A DNA stretch of 64,000 nt from positions 372,001 through 436,000 of the forward strand of contig CAUYUJ010000226.1 in the NCBI GenBank assembly GCA_963575745.1, read 5' to 3'. This document shows positions 1 to 12,370 of the stretch, one piece after another. The position numbers and the translations under genes are program-made. How positions within the stretch are numbered: the stretch's first letter is position 1; each line of letters starts with the position of its first letter. This stretch comes from Prorocentrum cordatum. Taxonomy: Eukaryota. The notes under the pieces are model-generated. The model made no database searches and was not told the origin of the DNA. It saw nothing but the letters and a program-made list of their open reading frames with translations.

Positions 1-2940
1 ATCGGGCTCTCCTTCAAGGAGGTTTGCGGGCAGTGCTCTGCCGACGACCAGTTCAACGGGAACTACGAGAGGCTGATCAAGATGTCGAGTGTGGCGCCCG
101 AGGAGAGGCCCTTCCCGCTGCAGAGCATCGCGGCGCACAAGAGGATGGGGTACACTGTCGTTGCGAACTTCGCTGCCAAGAAGGAGTCCGACATGGCGAA
201 GGCGGATACAAAGGGCCTCGACCTCGAAGCTCTCGGAGAGAAGGCAGCAAGCATCCCTAGCCCGTTCAACGCGAACCAGACCCTCCAGGACATGGCCATC
301 ACGACCGACGACAGCGTCCCCTTCATCCAGGTCAAGGTGTGGTGCAAGGTGGAGATCGAGGACACGATCGTCAACATGGACAGCAAGAAGCGCCTCCAGC
401 AGTCGCAGCCAACCAACGTGTTTGACAAGATGCGGAAGTTACTGAATGACCAGTTGCCCGTGAGCTTGCGGGGAAACAAGCTCCCGCCATCTTTGGAGTT
501 CTTGAAGAAGAAAGCATTGGGCATGGTTGGCAAGGACACGCCTGCTGAGTCGAAGAGGGGCCTGTTGGATGCCGAGGGCGAGGCTGTTCCATACGGTGGT
601 GCAGACGCTGAGGGCGGTGCATCAACTGCGGCCGCTTCGCGTGATATGTTCCCGCTTGCTGCCGACAGCGGAGATCGCGCTCCAAGACCTGCTCCACTAC
701 TGGGCGATCTCGCGGGGTCGCTAGCGACCGTCTCGCAGCCTTCGCCGTCGCCCAAGGCTGCTTGCAGGGTTGAGCCACGAGCGAGCCCCGACACCAGGAG
801 TTGCATCAGCGATGGGGCGGGGACAACGACAGGTGCTGGGAAGCGGCATGGGAAGAAGAGCGATAAGGAGAAGGAGGCCGACCTCCTTGCCAGGTTGGAC
901 TCCGCCAAGGTACTCCAGGGCCACTACGACGGCAGCGACGTGTACAATGCAACTCGGTTCGAGGACACCGCAAGCGACAGCAATGGCATCTCCAACGTGA
1001 GGCGTGCCAGACTCAAGTACGAGAGTGCCTACAAGATTGTGAATCCTGGCTCCGTCGACCAGTCCTTCTTGCACAAGACGCTGGAGGATCTCCACAAGAA
1101 GGGGCAGGTCTGGCCCCCAGAGTACGCCCTGAAGCTGGTGAAGCTGCGCGTCAAGCACGCACACGAGGTCGAGGACATGGTTGACGCCATCGTGCCACTG
1201 GGCCGCGAGGAGGATGACTACAACGACGCCGTTGAGAAGGCCGAGGACGAGGAGGAGCCAACCTTCGATCCGTTGAAGCCGCGTCTGCGTGATGTTCCTG
1301 CTGCTGAGCCTGCTGCCATGGTGTCGAGGTTCAGAAGCGTGGTCTCCGAGTTCCTCGCGCAGCCGCTGATCAAGGCAGGGAAGAACAACAAGTTGCTCAT
1401 CAGATCCCTCCACCATGATATCTCCAGAGTTCTCAAGGCCACCGACTGTGCCTTGCCAGGCATCAGCGCAGATGACGTTGCCATCCTGAAGAAGGCAGTC
1501 GATGAGCTGATTACCATCCTCAAGCTGCTGGAAGTCCTGGGTACGCCTTCCGTGGAGCACATGGTCGGGATGGACCCTACGACGACGAAGAAGTTCTTGG
1601 ACGGGAGTTTGGCTGAAGCCTGGCTGCCTTCGAAACAAGACCTCGAGGACAGCAAATTTTGGTCGCCGTTGCTGGTGCAGTTCCTGCGGCACAGGGCGGA
1701 CGAGTTCGCCATCGCCCCGAAGATGGCAGCCTTGCTGGTTGAGCTCAGCACCGACATCAACGACGAGAACAGGTTCAGGGAGATCGTGGCCGAGCTCAAC
1801 CGCATGACGAAGTTGTGCAGGCCACTGTCTTGCGACAGCGGGTGGCACAAACTGTTTGATAATATGGAGAGGTGGCTCGGCGAGAGCATCTCCAACGTGG
1901 TGTCCGACGACGTCGAGAACATGAAGGGCATCGACAACTTCGTCGGGGAGATCTGCAACGCCACTGCCTTCCCCGAGAACTCTTGGGTTGGGGATAAGTT
2001 GGATTCCATGCGCCGCGTGTCCCTTGCGAAGCTGGAAGACATGAAGAAGATCGACAGCTCGAAGAGAATGCTTGATGCACTGGCCTCCTTCACTGCCAAC
2101 CCAAACCTCGAGACGACGAACGTGCTGAAGAAAGTGAGCTACCAGAGGCACCTCCTCTTCACCGATGCGGAGCAGGTGACCGCCGTGCGGGAGGCTTTGC
2201 ACGCAGGCACCTCGTTTGCGATGACAACGCTGGGGTCATATTCGTCTGCTGGTGGGCGTACTGCGGAGGAGTGGGTGATGGCGTTGTCTCGGATCAAAGA
2301 CATGATGAACCTCTTGACGGGGAAGGTGTTTTCGTTCTTGTCCGAACCCGAGCCAGCCGACGAGGAGGCCAAGGTTTTGGGGGGCCTCATCTTAGACAAG
2401 GCGACTCTCGTCACGTGCTTCCTCGAGCTCCAAGCTGAAGGTGATAATGCAGAACAGCAGGCGGCATCCGATCAGGGCAACGACTCGTACGAGAACTTGT
2501 GGGCTTCTTACAAGTCCGACCGCAGCCAGCCTTGGAAGTCGCAGATCGTCCTGGGCGCCAGCGAGAGCTGGAGCGACGCAGCCATCCAGTCTAAGTATTC
2601 CAAGTTCTTCATGGTGGAGTCGATGTCTGAGAGCGTAGCCGCGAACATCCAGACGGCCCTGAGTGAGTACGCCGTGGCAGCACTGGCTTCGGAGGCGCAG
2701 GCGCTGAGCAAGGCGGTCGACCAGGTGGAGCAGCAAAAAGGATTGGGGGGGCATCGAATCCTACCCATCGTTCGCCCCATTGCACGTTGTCAGGCCACTG
2801 CCCCGCGAGGCACAGGTTTGAGAAGGGGCAGTGGGGGAGCGTTGCGGTGGCATTCGGCGCCTCCTGCGAGGAGGCCTACTCGATGGTGGCGACTACAGGT
2901 GCAACGATCCCGCAGCGAGAGCGAGGATGACCTACGATGA
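1..2940 (+). CDS. Large hypothetical protein, 5'-truncated at the window edge; the real frame probably ends near 2740
   Basis: Frame is open from base 1 (ATC GGG CTC...) to TGA at 2940. Codons are strongly GC3-biased and the translation is protein-like up to ...VEQQK (~2739), after which it looks non-coding. No domain recognised. Confidence 0.8.
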   Translation: MGLSFKEVCGQCSADDQFNGNYERLIKMSSVAPEERPFPLQSIAAHKRMGYTVVANFAAKKESDMAKADTKGLDLEALGEKAASIPSPFNANQTLQDMAITTDDSVPFIQVKVWCKVEIEDTIVNMDSKKRLQQSQPTNVFDKMRKLLNDQLPVSLRGNKLPPSLEFLKKKALGMVGKDTPAESKRGLLDAEGEAVPYGGADAEGGASTAAASRDMFPLAADSGDRAPRPAPLLGDLAGSLATVSQPSPSPKAACRVEPRASPDTRSCISDGAGTTTGAGKRHGKKSDKEKEADLLARLDSAKVLQGHYDGSDVYNATRFEDTASDSNGISNVRRARLKYESAYKIVNPGSVDQSFLHKTLEDLHKKGQVWPPEYALKLVKLRVKHAHEVEDMVDAIVPLGREEDDYNDAVEKAEDEEEPTFDPLKPRLRDVPAAEPAAMVSRFRSVVSEFLAQPLIKAGKNNKLLIRSLHHDISRVLKATDCALPGISADDVAILKKAVDELITILKLLEVLGTPSVEHMVGMDPTTTKKFLDGSLAEAWLPSKQDLEDSKFWSPLLVQFLRHRADEFAIAPKMAALLVELSTDINDENRFREIVAELNRMTKLCRPLSCDSGWHKLFDNMERWLGESISNVVSDDVENMKGIDNFVGEICNATAFPENSWVGDKLDSMRRVSLAKLEDMKKIDSSKRMLDALASFTANPNLETTNVLKKVSYQRHLLFTDAEQVTAVREALHAGTSFAMTTLGSYSSAGGRTAEEWVMALSRIKDMMNLLTGKVFSFLSEPEPADEEAKVLGGLILDKATLVTCFLELQAEGDNAEQQAASDQGNDSYENLWASYKSDRSQPWKSQIVLGASESWSDAAIQSKYSKFFMVESMSESVAANIQTALSEYAVAALASEAQALSKAVDQVEQQKGLGGHRILPIVRPIARCQATAPRGTGLRRGSGGALRWHSAPPARRPTRWWRLQVQRSRSESEDDLR

Positions 2941-3325
2941 GGTAGCTTCAGCGGCCGAGGAGACGCTGTTCTCTGCGAAGATGAAGGGCTCGAACAAGAG
3001 GCTCTCGCAGACGCGCCTGACGGCGCGAGAGGCATTGAAACACTACAAGAAGTCTGCGAGCGACCTGCACATTGACTTCAGCTCGGATGCGACGTTCGGC
3101 CCGCTTGAGAAGGCGGTCGTCGAGGGTACGAGGGGCATCGATTCAATTCTGGCTGAGCTCAAAATCATCCACAACATTTCGAGGGATAAGAAAACAAGCC
3201 TAGCTCAGCGCCAGAGCCGCGTGGAGGAAGAGCTCAACCGCGCAAGCAACATGATCGGAGACGTTCCTGAGATAGAGTTGCACGAGAGTGTGAAAACGAA
3301 GGCGCTTGAGTTCATGAGGGCCTGA
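2916..3325 (+). CDS. Probable C-terminal part of the same protein (after a short intron or a frameshift)
   Basis: Protein-like frame MTYDEVASAAEETLF...KALEFMRA* with the same codon bias. A phase-compatible intron AAAG|ga(2741)...cgcag(2915)|CG is possible but unproven. Confidence 0.6.
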
Positions 3326-6300
3326 AGCGGCCATCAACAGGCCGAGGCGATTCAACAGGACAGCTCGAGTTGAGTTGACGACCACGCGAGATTCTCGCAC
3401 TAGCCTGGCGCTCGACAGTCTGGCAGTCTTCGTTCCGTGCTTGCGACTCGTCTGTGCTTGCAGCGTTGGCTAGTTCGGGATGCAGCAGTGGAGACCATCA
3501 TCACCATCCACATCATCATTGCCATCGCCACTTCCTCCCCTCCACCATCGCCACCGCCCTGGGTTGCGAAGAGAATGCGGCAACGGGGGGGCAAGGGACA
3601 GAAAGGGGCCTGGATGGGCCGTACGTTTTTGAGCTGACCCCCCCCCGTCCAGAAATAGCCCAAGGATGTTGGCAGAGTTTTTCACGCCACGATCGTAAAT
3701 CCATCCTGAATGCCACCCTGGCCTCTCCTTCCCTACTTGCCACCCTCCCTCCCCCTGGGAGCGATGCTTACATATCACTGCCCTTCTTCCTCGTCGTCAC
3801 CCCCCTTGTCACTCTTTGACACCTCTCGTGCGCACCTCTCTTCACGTGCGTCCTCCTCCTGCCGCTCGTTGTCTTACCTTCCGCCCCCCGCCGAAGTCCC
3901 CCTGTGGCTTGCACGAGGGCCCCTAGGGACCCCAGTCCCTGTGTCCACCCTTTCCGCTCTCCGTAACTGTGCTCGTTTGCCGCTTCGTTCAATGTCCAAC
4001 GACCGCTTCTCGGCCGCAGGGCCTTATTCCGTAGAAACATAGGTTTCCAGCAGCATCCAGACGAAGGGCCTTGATCGTTTCGAGTTTGTTGCCTTCTGGT
4101 GGCTTTAGATCGTGGAGTCGGCCCCAACCTCAATGTTTCCAATCCAGGGCTGGGAACAGATCCGATCAGCGCAACCGCCCTCCGTGAGCAGAAAAATAGG
4201 AGGCCACCAAACTGATGACCAAGGGGGGCGCCTCAGATCGCATAGCCAGTGGGCACGCGACCTTGGGACCGACCCTCAGGATCTAGAGCCACCAGAAGGC
4301 GACCACCTCATATCGATCAGCCTGTGGATCCCAGCTTTGCTGGAAACCGAGGCTTCTACTCCTCGGGAAGCTCGGAGCTGAATCCGGATGCTGCGGGTCA
4401 CGTTTCGCCCGGCTTCGCCGGAAATGGCGCCCGATTCCGCGCGGGATCCGTCGGCAGCCCCTCCTTCCCCGCGACGGGTCCTGGGGCAGGCCCCGCAGCT
4501 GGTGGAACGGCGGAGGGGGGTGGGCGGCGGGGCACTCCGTCCTGAGGCGTCTCACGGCCTGCGCGGCGGCCGTGCAGACGCAAGCGTCGCACCTGCGGCA
4601 TTTCCACCCCCTGGGGAAGGCAAGGGGCGAGCGCTGAGACTCAGAGACGGCCTTTGCCCTCTTGGCAGTCCTCCCCGTTGAAGGGGCACCGGGACCTTCT
4701 CGATCTCTCGAGATGGGCCGCGGGGGACAGACGCCGTTGCTGAGGAGGGGGCGGTGTTACGAAGCAAGACCGATGCGGCCGTGGCCACCAGGCCAGAGCC
4801 TTTTGACAGACAACCTCACGAACCTGGCACGTTTCAGCGCGAACATATGCAAGCCCGTCTGCAATAGCGCTCACACAAGAACACTCCTAGGGGGGCGGCC
4901 GTACACAAGCGGATAAGTTTTGCGTGGTCATGTGCCATGCGAGACGGGACATGGCTCAGCTCGGAAGACCTTTTCCCAAGCATGAAATAGGGCAAATTCA
5001 TGTCAGAGGTCAGAGGTTGGCGTGCTCGAGCTTAGATCAGTAGGAATTGAATTGTGGAAGCGCTAAAACATGGTTGACATGATGGCACGATCTACGACGC
5101 CCATTACAAGGCCCAGCAGCCCTAACGCATTCCACAACTGCGCTTAGGACTGTCGACGAAGCCCGTGCGCCCAGAGTCCCAGTCAAGCCTCACGGTTTGC
5201 GAGACAAGGCAACAGAAAGCCCGTGAGACCCGACGCCGCAGGGGGGGGGTTCTTTACCCCGACGCCCCCCCGAGCCATCCACCCCATACACCCCAGCCAA
5301 GTTGCCGCCTGACCCAGAACGGGCCGCGGTCCTTGGGAGGGCGGGGGAAGAGCAAGGCAGGGGAGGGGCAGCAGCCCTCGGCGCCAGAAAGCGGGCCTCA
5401 GGTCGAGCTCGTGGGTGGCCTCAGTGATAAAATGGTCGGTGGCCAGGATTTCCAGGGGCACAGCTGGGGGCCACCGCGCGCTATCAGGCGCACCATGCCT
5501 GCTGTCGAGTGGGGATCCTCCTCGAGTCTCGCCGCAAGTTGGGGAACATGCTGCCACCGAGCCAACCCGTGGGTCATCCTCATGCAGGGCAGTTTTCCGC
5601 CAGACTTAGGATTCGATCGACAATTCCAAGGCGTCCAGGAGGCAGGAGGGAGGGGCCTTGCCAGCACTCAAGACAATTCACTCCTGGCCCTCAGGCTCCA
5701 CTCGCAAATCCAAAGACTGGCAGCGCCACCCCAAGGAAATCAAAGCCGCCTGGAGAGCTCCGCGAGGACCCCCGACAAAGCGCCAGCCCTTCTCTCCGAC
5801 CCAGCAAGGCGAGTCGCTCCGTTTCTCCCCGAGGCGATCGGCCAGAGTGGGGCAACGACAAGCACAGCTGAACCAGGCTCCGACCTGCCCTCGAACGCAG
5901 ATGATCGCGCGATCCCTGCCAGCGCCGAAACTGATCCCGACAGCAGTGGTCGCACAAGTGCCCCGCGGCGGGCAGGTGCTGACAGGCCTGGTCCGGCCTC
6001 TGATGTGCTTCGTTGTCGAAGATTCCGCGCGCCTCGAGATGGAGACCCATGCCAAGGAACACTTTGCTTGCCTCTAGGGTGCCCTGGCTTCTTCGGACTT
6101 CCACGGGTTTGCGATGGAAAGCGTGGCGTTCCCACACCAAGAATCAATAGACGTCCTGGGGTCTCAGGGTCGCTGTTTTTTTGTGTGGAAATTGTCTGTG
6201 GTCGAGCGAGCTCCTAGTCCAGCCTTCGGGAAACAGTTCGTGACGAGAAACTTCGGCGCCTGGTGGGAGGTCGAACACACGCCCGAGGTGCACGCAGTCG

Positions 6301-6437
6301 CCTCGCGTCCCTGAGGCTTGCTGGGGCGTTTCACTCTGACAGAGCGGGTGGCCCCCCGGGGGGTCTTCAAGTCGTCCGCTTCTTCTCCGTCCTTCCTGGA
6401 CCATCTAGGGATTTTGGGCCCTTGTCTTCGCTGAGGG

Positions 6438-6642
6438 TCGAAGAAACAGAAACTGCATGAACATTAACTCTCGGCGCTCCGCGCAAATTTCTTGGATCTG
6501 CGCCTGGCCCCCTTCCTTGGCGGCGCCTCCGGCGCCGCCCCTGGCGCGCGGAGCGCGCCAGGGAGGGGGGTTCAGCGCAGATCCAAGAGATCCGCGCGGA
6601 GCGCCGAATGTTGATATTTATGCAGTTATGCCCTCTTTTCGA
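6438..6642. repeat. Palindromic dispersed repeat (…GATTTCTTGGATCTGCGC…GCGCAGATCCAAGA…); copies ~29305-29505, 32920-33129, 34920-35070, 45720-45860
   Basis: Long inverted arms; recurring sequence. Confidence 0.7.
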
Positions 6643-6718
6643 GGAGGGCATCGAACAACATTCGGGCAGCGCCAAACACACACACACACACACACTTCCT
6701 TCTCAAGCCGTGGCGCAG

Positions 6719-6826
6719 GGTCGGGAGGACGAGGGGGAAGGCGACGTCGAGGGCGCGCCCAGGCCCTGGCAAAAGAGGAAGAGCATCATCTGCCCGTTCG
6801 TGGAGCGTCAGCCCTGGGCCTGGAAG
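6719..6826 (+). CDS. Candidate exon (GREDEGEGDVEGAPRPWQKRKSIICPFVERQPWAWK)
   Basis: gcgcag|G acceptor, AAG|gc donor, 108 nt, phase 0-0, GC3-rich codons. Confidence 0.5.
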
Positions 6827-7061
6827 GCCGCCTGGCCACGCCCCGCCAAACTGCCGAGGCGGACCTCCTGCTTCGGGGCTGGACAGAACCCCCAACAGTG
6901 ACACGTCGATTAGTGAATTGTCCGTTTTCGGTTCTCGAGAGGGCGCCGTGGCCGTTATTTTCCAGGTTTGCGCCCTCCAGGTTTAGGCCTCAGGTCGTTT
7001 TCACTAAACCACGTTTTACTAAAGGGGGGTCTGTCCATCCCCGGTGCACCTCCAGGGCCAG

Positions 7062-7109
7062 GACATGGAGCCGGAGGGGGCACCGGAGGCCCACCGAGGC
7101 GTGGGCGAG
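7062..7109 (+). CDS. Candidate micro-exon (DMEPEGAPEAHRGVGE)
   Basis: ccag|G acceptor, GAG|gtcagg donor, 48 nt, phase 0-0. Confidence 0.35.
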
Positions 7110-7238
7110 GTCAGGAAGATGGACCAAATCCTAGGACTGCCTCGCGTCGAGGAGACGACTCGAACGGATATATGCCCCTCACGGCAGGGTCTGAGGGCTG
7201 GGTTTGAGGAGTTTTGGGGAGTTCTTTGAGGGCATACC

Positions 7239-7468
7239 TCAGAGCCCCGAATCATCCGGGGTAACTCGGGTCAGGGCTAACTCGGGTTCGTTTTTCGGGA
7301 ATCCGAACCCGAGTTATCCCGGACCCGAGTTACCCCGGATATTTCGGGCGTCCAGAGCCCCGAATCATCAGGGGTAATTCGGGTCAGGGCTATCTCGGGT
7401 TCGTTTTTCGGGAACCCAAACCCGAGTTACCCCGGACCCGAGTTACCCCGGATAACTCGGGCGTCCAA
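7239..7468 (+). mobile_element. Family C hairpin element, dimer of ~114-bp unit, TSD ATACC
   Basis: ATACC|TCAGAGCCCC...GCGTCCAA|ATACC; internal GGGGTAACTCGGG/CCCGAGTTACCCC inverted repeats. Confidence 0.85.
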
Positions 7469-8899
7469 ATACCCCTTAGGCTCCACATGCCCATACTATC
7501 CCCCTGATCAGGACTCGCTTGGATGTAGCTTTATGTTGTGCGCCGATCCGCCGACCCTCCAGATGGGGCCCCCTGGCGTGCTTTGTTGGGGGGCATCTGG
7601 GAGGCTTCTCGGGGCTCCTTTGACCAGGAGGGAAAAAAACACACAGACACAATTAATCCTCGATTCCCCAGAAAATATAGGAAAATATGGGAGTTGAGCG
7701 GGAAGACAGAAACCCAGAAAATATACGAAAATATGGGTAATCCTTTTATTTGTGTGTATTTATTTGTGTGTCCTTGGGCTCCTTGGAGCGGGCGGCTCGG
7801 AGGCCCCTGGGGGCCGATTTGGGGCCATCTTGGGAGGAAAGGCTTGACATGTCACATGCTGTATAGGCAAGACGCTGAAGCAAGGACCGCTCTGGGCTCC
7901 GAAGGGGCGCGCCGTTCCTCAGGTCATTCCGTGGTTGGTCCTCTTGCCCTCCTCCAGAGGTTGCTGGCGCCCAATTGGGCTTCGTTCCCTCGTTAACGCT
8001 CCTTCTGCTGGTACCTGCTTTCTATTGCTGCTCTGGTCCTCTTGGGCCCCAGGTGCCGCCTGACGGGCCGCGCCTCTCTGCCCCAGGCTCCGCGCGGGAG
8101 TGTGCGCGGCGCGCCCCGGGCGCCGCCCCGCGCGAGCGGCAGCTGCCTTGTCGCCGTCGTCGCCTTCGCCGGTCGCGCCGCTGCTGGCGTCCCCCGGTCG
8201 GAGGAGGAAAGCGACCTCTGCCTCGTGTTTCCTCCCTTGGCCCTCCCGGGAGGCCCTGGTCGCCACCCCTGGATTCGCCCCGAAATCCCGGTCGGAACGC
8301 GCCCCGGGAGGGGTCGGGGGAGTAGCGGACTCGGTACCTTTTGGGGGGTTTTCAGGCGGGGGTCGATGCAAACGGGGGTCGGTAGTCAGAGCGCCAGATC
8401 TTGCGGGATCCTGCAGAGCCATCATGGGTGCCCGGACCAGGGCTTGCGCGCCAGGATCTTGCAGGATCCTGCAGGATCCTGCAAGGCCCGGCTGACCCAG
8501 GTTTGCATTGACTCGGGCCAGTAGACCTGCTTGGCACGGGGACGGAAAGCGCACTTACTTTCAGAGCGCACGAGATCGCTGGCTCGTCCGCTCTTACACC
8601 TTATTGACTCCCTTCCCCTCGCTCTTGTCCTATCTCAGCCTCGGAGAGTCGCGGAGCTTTCTTTGAGCGCGTTTCTTGTTTTGGAGGGGGCGGTCGGGTC
8701 GCGTTGCGTTTGCCGCGTTTGGGCTGCCAGCATTCCAGAACCCCGCGTTTTCCTTGAATGGACCGCTCGTTGTCCACGCGTTGCCGCCCGTCCCTGTGCC
8801 CTGGCGTCAAGAACTTATTACGTCGCAGCTCTCGGTTGGGAGCTTTGGTCTTATCAGCTCGATTACGTCACCGCTCGCTCGTGGGAGCCGCGGTGCTAA

Positions 8900-9590
8900 G
8901 AGCCTTTGGGAGTATGTTAGGCCTCTTGGAGGGCTCTTGGGGAGCCTCTTGGGTGCCTCTTGGGGACCTTTTGGTGCTTTTCGGGGGCCTCCTGGGGCCT
9001 CCTGGGAGCTTCTGGGCTGCGGGGGTGAAGGGACTAGGCTGCCTTTGGCCGTCTTCGGGCTCTCTTGGTGGCCTCTTGGGGCCTTCTTGGGGCCGTCCTG
9101 GGGCCGTCTTGGGCCGTCTTGGCGCCTCTTGGGCCGTCTCGGCGCCCTCTTGGGCCGTTTTGGGGCCTTCTTGGGGCCTCTTGGGCCTTCTTGGGGCGCT
9201 CTTGGGGGCCTCTTGGCCCGTCTTGGCGCCCTCTTGGGCTATTTTGGGGGCCTCTTGGGCTATTTTGGGGGCCTCTTGGGAACGTCTTGGGGCGGTCTTG
9301 GGGGCCTCTTGGACCATCTTCAACGCCATGAAAAGCGAAACGCCGTATATGTTACAAATGCACGTTTTCCTTAAGAAAATCATTGATTTTGGCCTCTTGG
9401 GCCCTCTTGGGACGCCTCGTGGGCGCCTCCTGGGGCGTCGTGGAGGCCTCTTGGGACGTCTTGGGGCCTCCTTGGGCGGTCTTGGGCTCTCTTGGAGCGC
9501 TCTTGGGCTGTCTTGGGCGCTTCTTGGGCGCTTCTTGGGCCGTCTTGGGTGCCGTCGTGGCCGCTTCTTGGGCTGTCTTAGGCGCCTAAG
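8900..9590 (+). repeat. Degenerate ~10-11 bp minisatellite (GGCCTCTTGG/GCCGTCTTGG); similar tracts at 22540-22870 and 23360-24790
   Basis: Tandem low-complexity units. Confidence 0.8.
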
Positions 9591-10246
9591 ACGGCCCAAG
9601 AACGCCTAAGAAGCGTTGTCCGATGATGTCTCGAGCGAAACGCTTTTTTTAAGCCCCGAAGGCCGCCCTACTCGATAAAAAACGAGGCGGGAGGGCAATT
9701 AGATCCGGGCCTGGCGATGCCACCCCCCTCGAACTCCCCCAAGTCCAATTTCTTCCGACTAACGGACCGCACGCTAACGCGCGCTTTCCGTCATCCTTGG
9801 GTCCCGTCGGTCGTCCGTCTTGTCGTCGCCGCAGTCACCGTCTTGCCCGCCCGCCGCCGCCGCCGCCGTCGTCGGTGGCTGCCTCTGTGTCGCCCTTTCC
9901 TGGACCTCGTGCCCCTACTCGGGCGCGCGCGGGGCCAGCCTAGAATCCTGGAGTCCTCCTTACTCTCCTCCTCTCCTCCCCCTTCTCCTCCTCCTCCTCC
10001 TCCTCCTCCTCCTCCTCCTCCTCCTCCTCGTCCTCGTCTTCCTCTTTCCACTATCCTAAATTCCTGGAATCCTGGAGTCCTCCTCCTTCCCGTCCGTCCA
10101 GAATCCTGGAGGGCCTTCCTCCTGGCCCTCCTCCTCCTCCCCCTCCTCCTCATTAGAATCCTGGAGTTCCCCCTCCCTCCTTCCTCCTCCTCCTTCCTCC
10201 TCCCCGTCCCCCTCCTTCCCCCCTCCTCCCCGCCGAAGCCAGCCAG

Positions 10247-10325
10247 GACGGCGCCACCGCCGTGCTGCTCGCGCTCGCGCGCGCGAAGGGCGCCCTGGGC
10301 GCCCTGGTGTTCCTCCAGCTGGGCG
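10247..10325 (+). CDS. Exon of RI-like leucine-rich-repeat protein (DGATAVLLALARAKGALGALVFLQLG)
   Basis: ccag|G acceptor after a CCT tract, G|gcgagg donor, ends phase 1, LxxLxL motif. Confidence 0.65.
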
Positions 10326-11899
10326 GCGAGGACCCCGGGGGGGGGGGGGCGCCTGCCCCTCCCTGGAGGAGGGGGAGGAGGGGGAGGAGGAGGAGGAGGA
10401 GGAGGAGAAGGAGGAGGAGGACGAGGAGGAGGAGGAGGAGGAGGAGGAGGACAGACGAGGAAGGGGGGGGGGGCGCCGCGCCTGTCTCGGGTCGGGTGTG
10501 GCCAGGACCTCCGGTAAAGGGACCCGGTTACGGGAGGTTCGCGTCGTGTCGACCGGTGGCGACCCCGCCGTTGGCGTTCAAGGTTGAACGCCGATGGGCG
10601 ACCCAGCATCGGTGGGTGTTGAACGATCTTACGTTGCGGAAGCGGCCGATCGTTCAAGGTTGAACGATCCGCGCGGTGTCGGGAACCAACGCCAGGGTCG
10701 ACACGACACGAAAGATTTCGTAATAAAGGGAGGGGGGTCTCATTTCGGGGGGGGTCTCTTCCAGGCTATCTTGGAGGGCCTGGGGGGCCTGGGGACGATG
10801 TTTTGGAGGGTTCTCCCACGGGGGAGGTCTGAAATGGCTTGTCTTGGAGGGTCCAGACCCCCTCCCTTTTATTACGAAATCTGGAGTAGTGGTAGACCCC
10901 TGGAGCCTTGAATTGGCCAGAATCACGAGACCAGGTTTGCCGTAATTAGGTGGTGTTTTTCTGGGTTACGGCAGTTCCGGTTAGTGGAACGGGGCGGGGG
11001 TGGCGTCCCCCCGTACACCTTGGGCGATGATTAAGAAAACCTAAGTTTTCGTCCAGAGTCTCGATGATTCTTAATTTTTCCATGTAAATCCGAAGATTTT
11101 GATAGAAGTTCTGGGTTTTATTCCATTTCTGAGACTATGAGTTTCTTAACCCATGATTTCTTAAGCATTTCGCAGGGTGTACACATCGTTATACCAGGTC
11201 CCACTAGACCCAGTTCTGCCCACGCCCGATCGGGGGGCGCCCAGGAGAGGGCGGGGACGGAGGGCCACAGGGGGGATGTCCTTCCAGGCCTCCCAAGAAA
11301 AAACTCCCAAGCAAAGAATCGGGGGCGGAAAAGAGGAGGGCGATGACTAGGGGGGGGTGGATATCATGGCGGGGGCCATGAAATTTCCCCAGATCTCATG
11401 GCGCCTCTTCTTATTTCATTACGTCCCTGGCCCCTCCGCTGGGGCGCGCACATGCCGCCGGTCATGATTTGCGCCCCCTCCTCTTGGACACCCCCCTCTT
11501 GGCCGCTCCCGAAAGAAAATCCAACATCGCATTCAACAAACAAACAAAGAAGCAGACAGACACAGACACACGCAAACAGACAAACCTTCCCTACCAAATC
11601 ACAAAATCAACCAAAATCACCGATGCGTCGGCGATGCGGCTCGATGTGGAGCCTGCTTTTCTTCACGCCGTTGTCGCCTGGATCGTCCCGAAAGGCCGCG
11701 AGAGATCCGCGTTGCGATCCGAAGTCCACGAAGGGTCCAGGTAGCAGGTGGTGATGATTGTGTGTGTGTGTGTTCGTGGTTGTGTCTTGCATGCCGCGGT
11801 TGTGGTGCAGTGCGCCGCGCTATGGACAATGTCCGTCTGCAATTAGCACCTCCATCTGCTGCCTGCGCCTAAGGATCCTCTGCGCCGCCGACTTTCAAA

Positions 11900-11915
11900 G
11901 TGCGCGCGTGCGCGC

Positions 11916-11960
<45 letters not shown>

Positions 11961-12110
11961 TGCGTGTCTGTGTGTCTGTGTGTCTGTGTGTGCGCGTGTC
12001 TGTGTGTGTGTGCGTGTATGTGTGTGCGTGTGTGTGTGTGTGTGTGCGTGTGTGAGTATGCGTGTGTGCGCGCGTGTGTGTGTGTGAGAATGTGTGTGTG
12101 TGTGTGCGAG

Positions 12111-12186
<76 letters not shown>

Positions 12187-12219
12187 TCTGTGTGTGTGCG
12201 TGTGCGTGTGCGTGTGCGT

Positions 12220-12301
<82 letters not shown>

Positions 12302-12323
12302 GTGTGATTGTGTGTGTGTGTGC

Positions 12324-12368
<45 letters not shown>
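11900..12368. repeat. (GT)n/(GCGT)n compound microsatellite
   Basis: Direct reading. Confidence 0.95.

Positions 12369-12370
<2 letters not shown>

Noticed and set aside
4000..6217. Possible decayed retroelement or the 350-aa ORF at 5165
   Set aside because: No RT, integrase, gag or other motif recognised; no clear codon bias; the ORF runs into a dispersed repeat.
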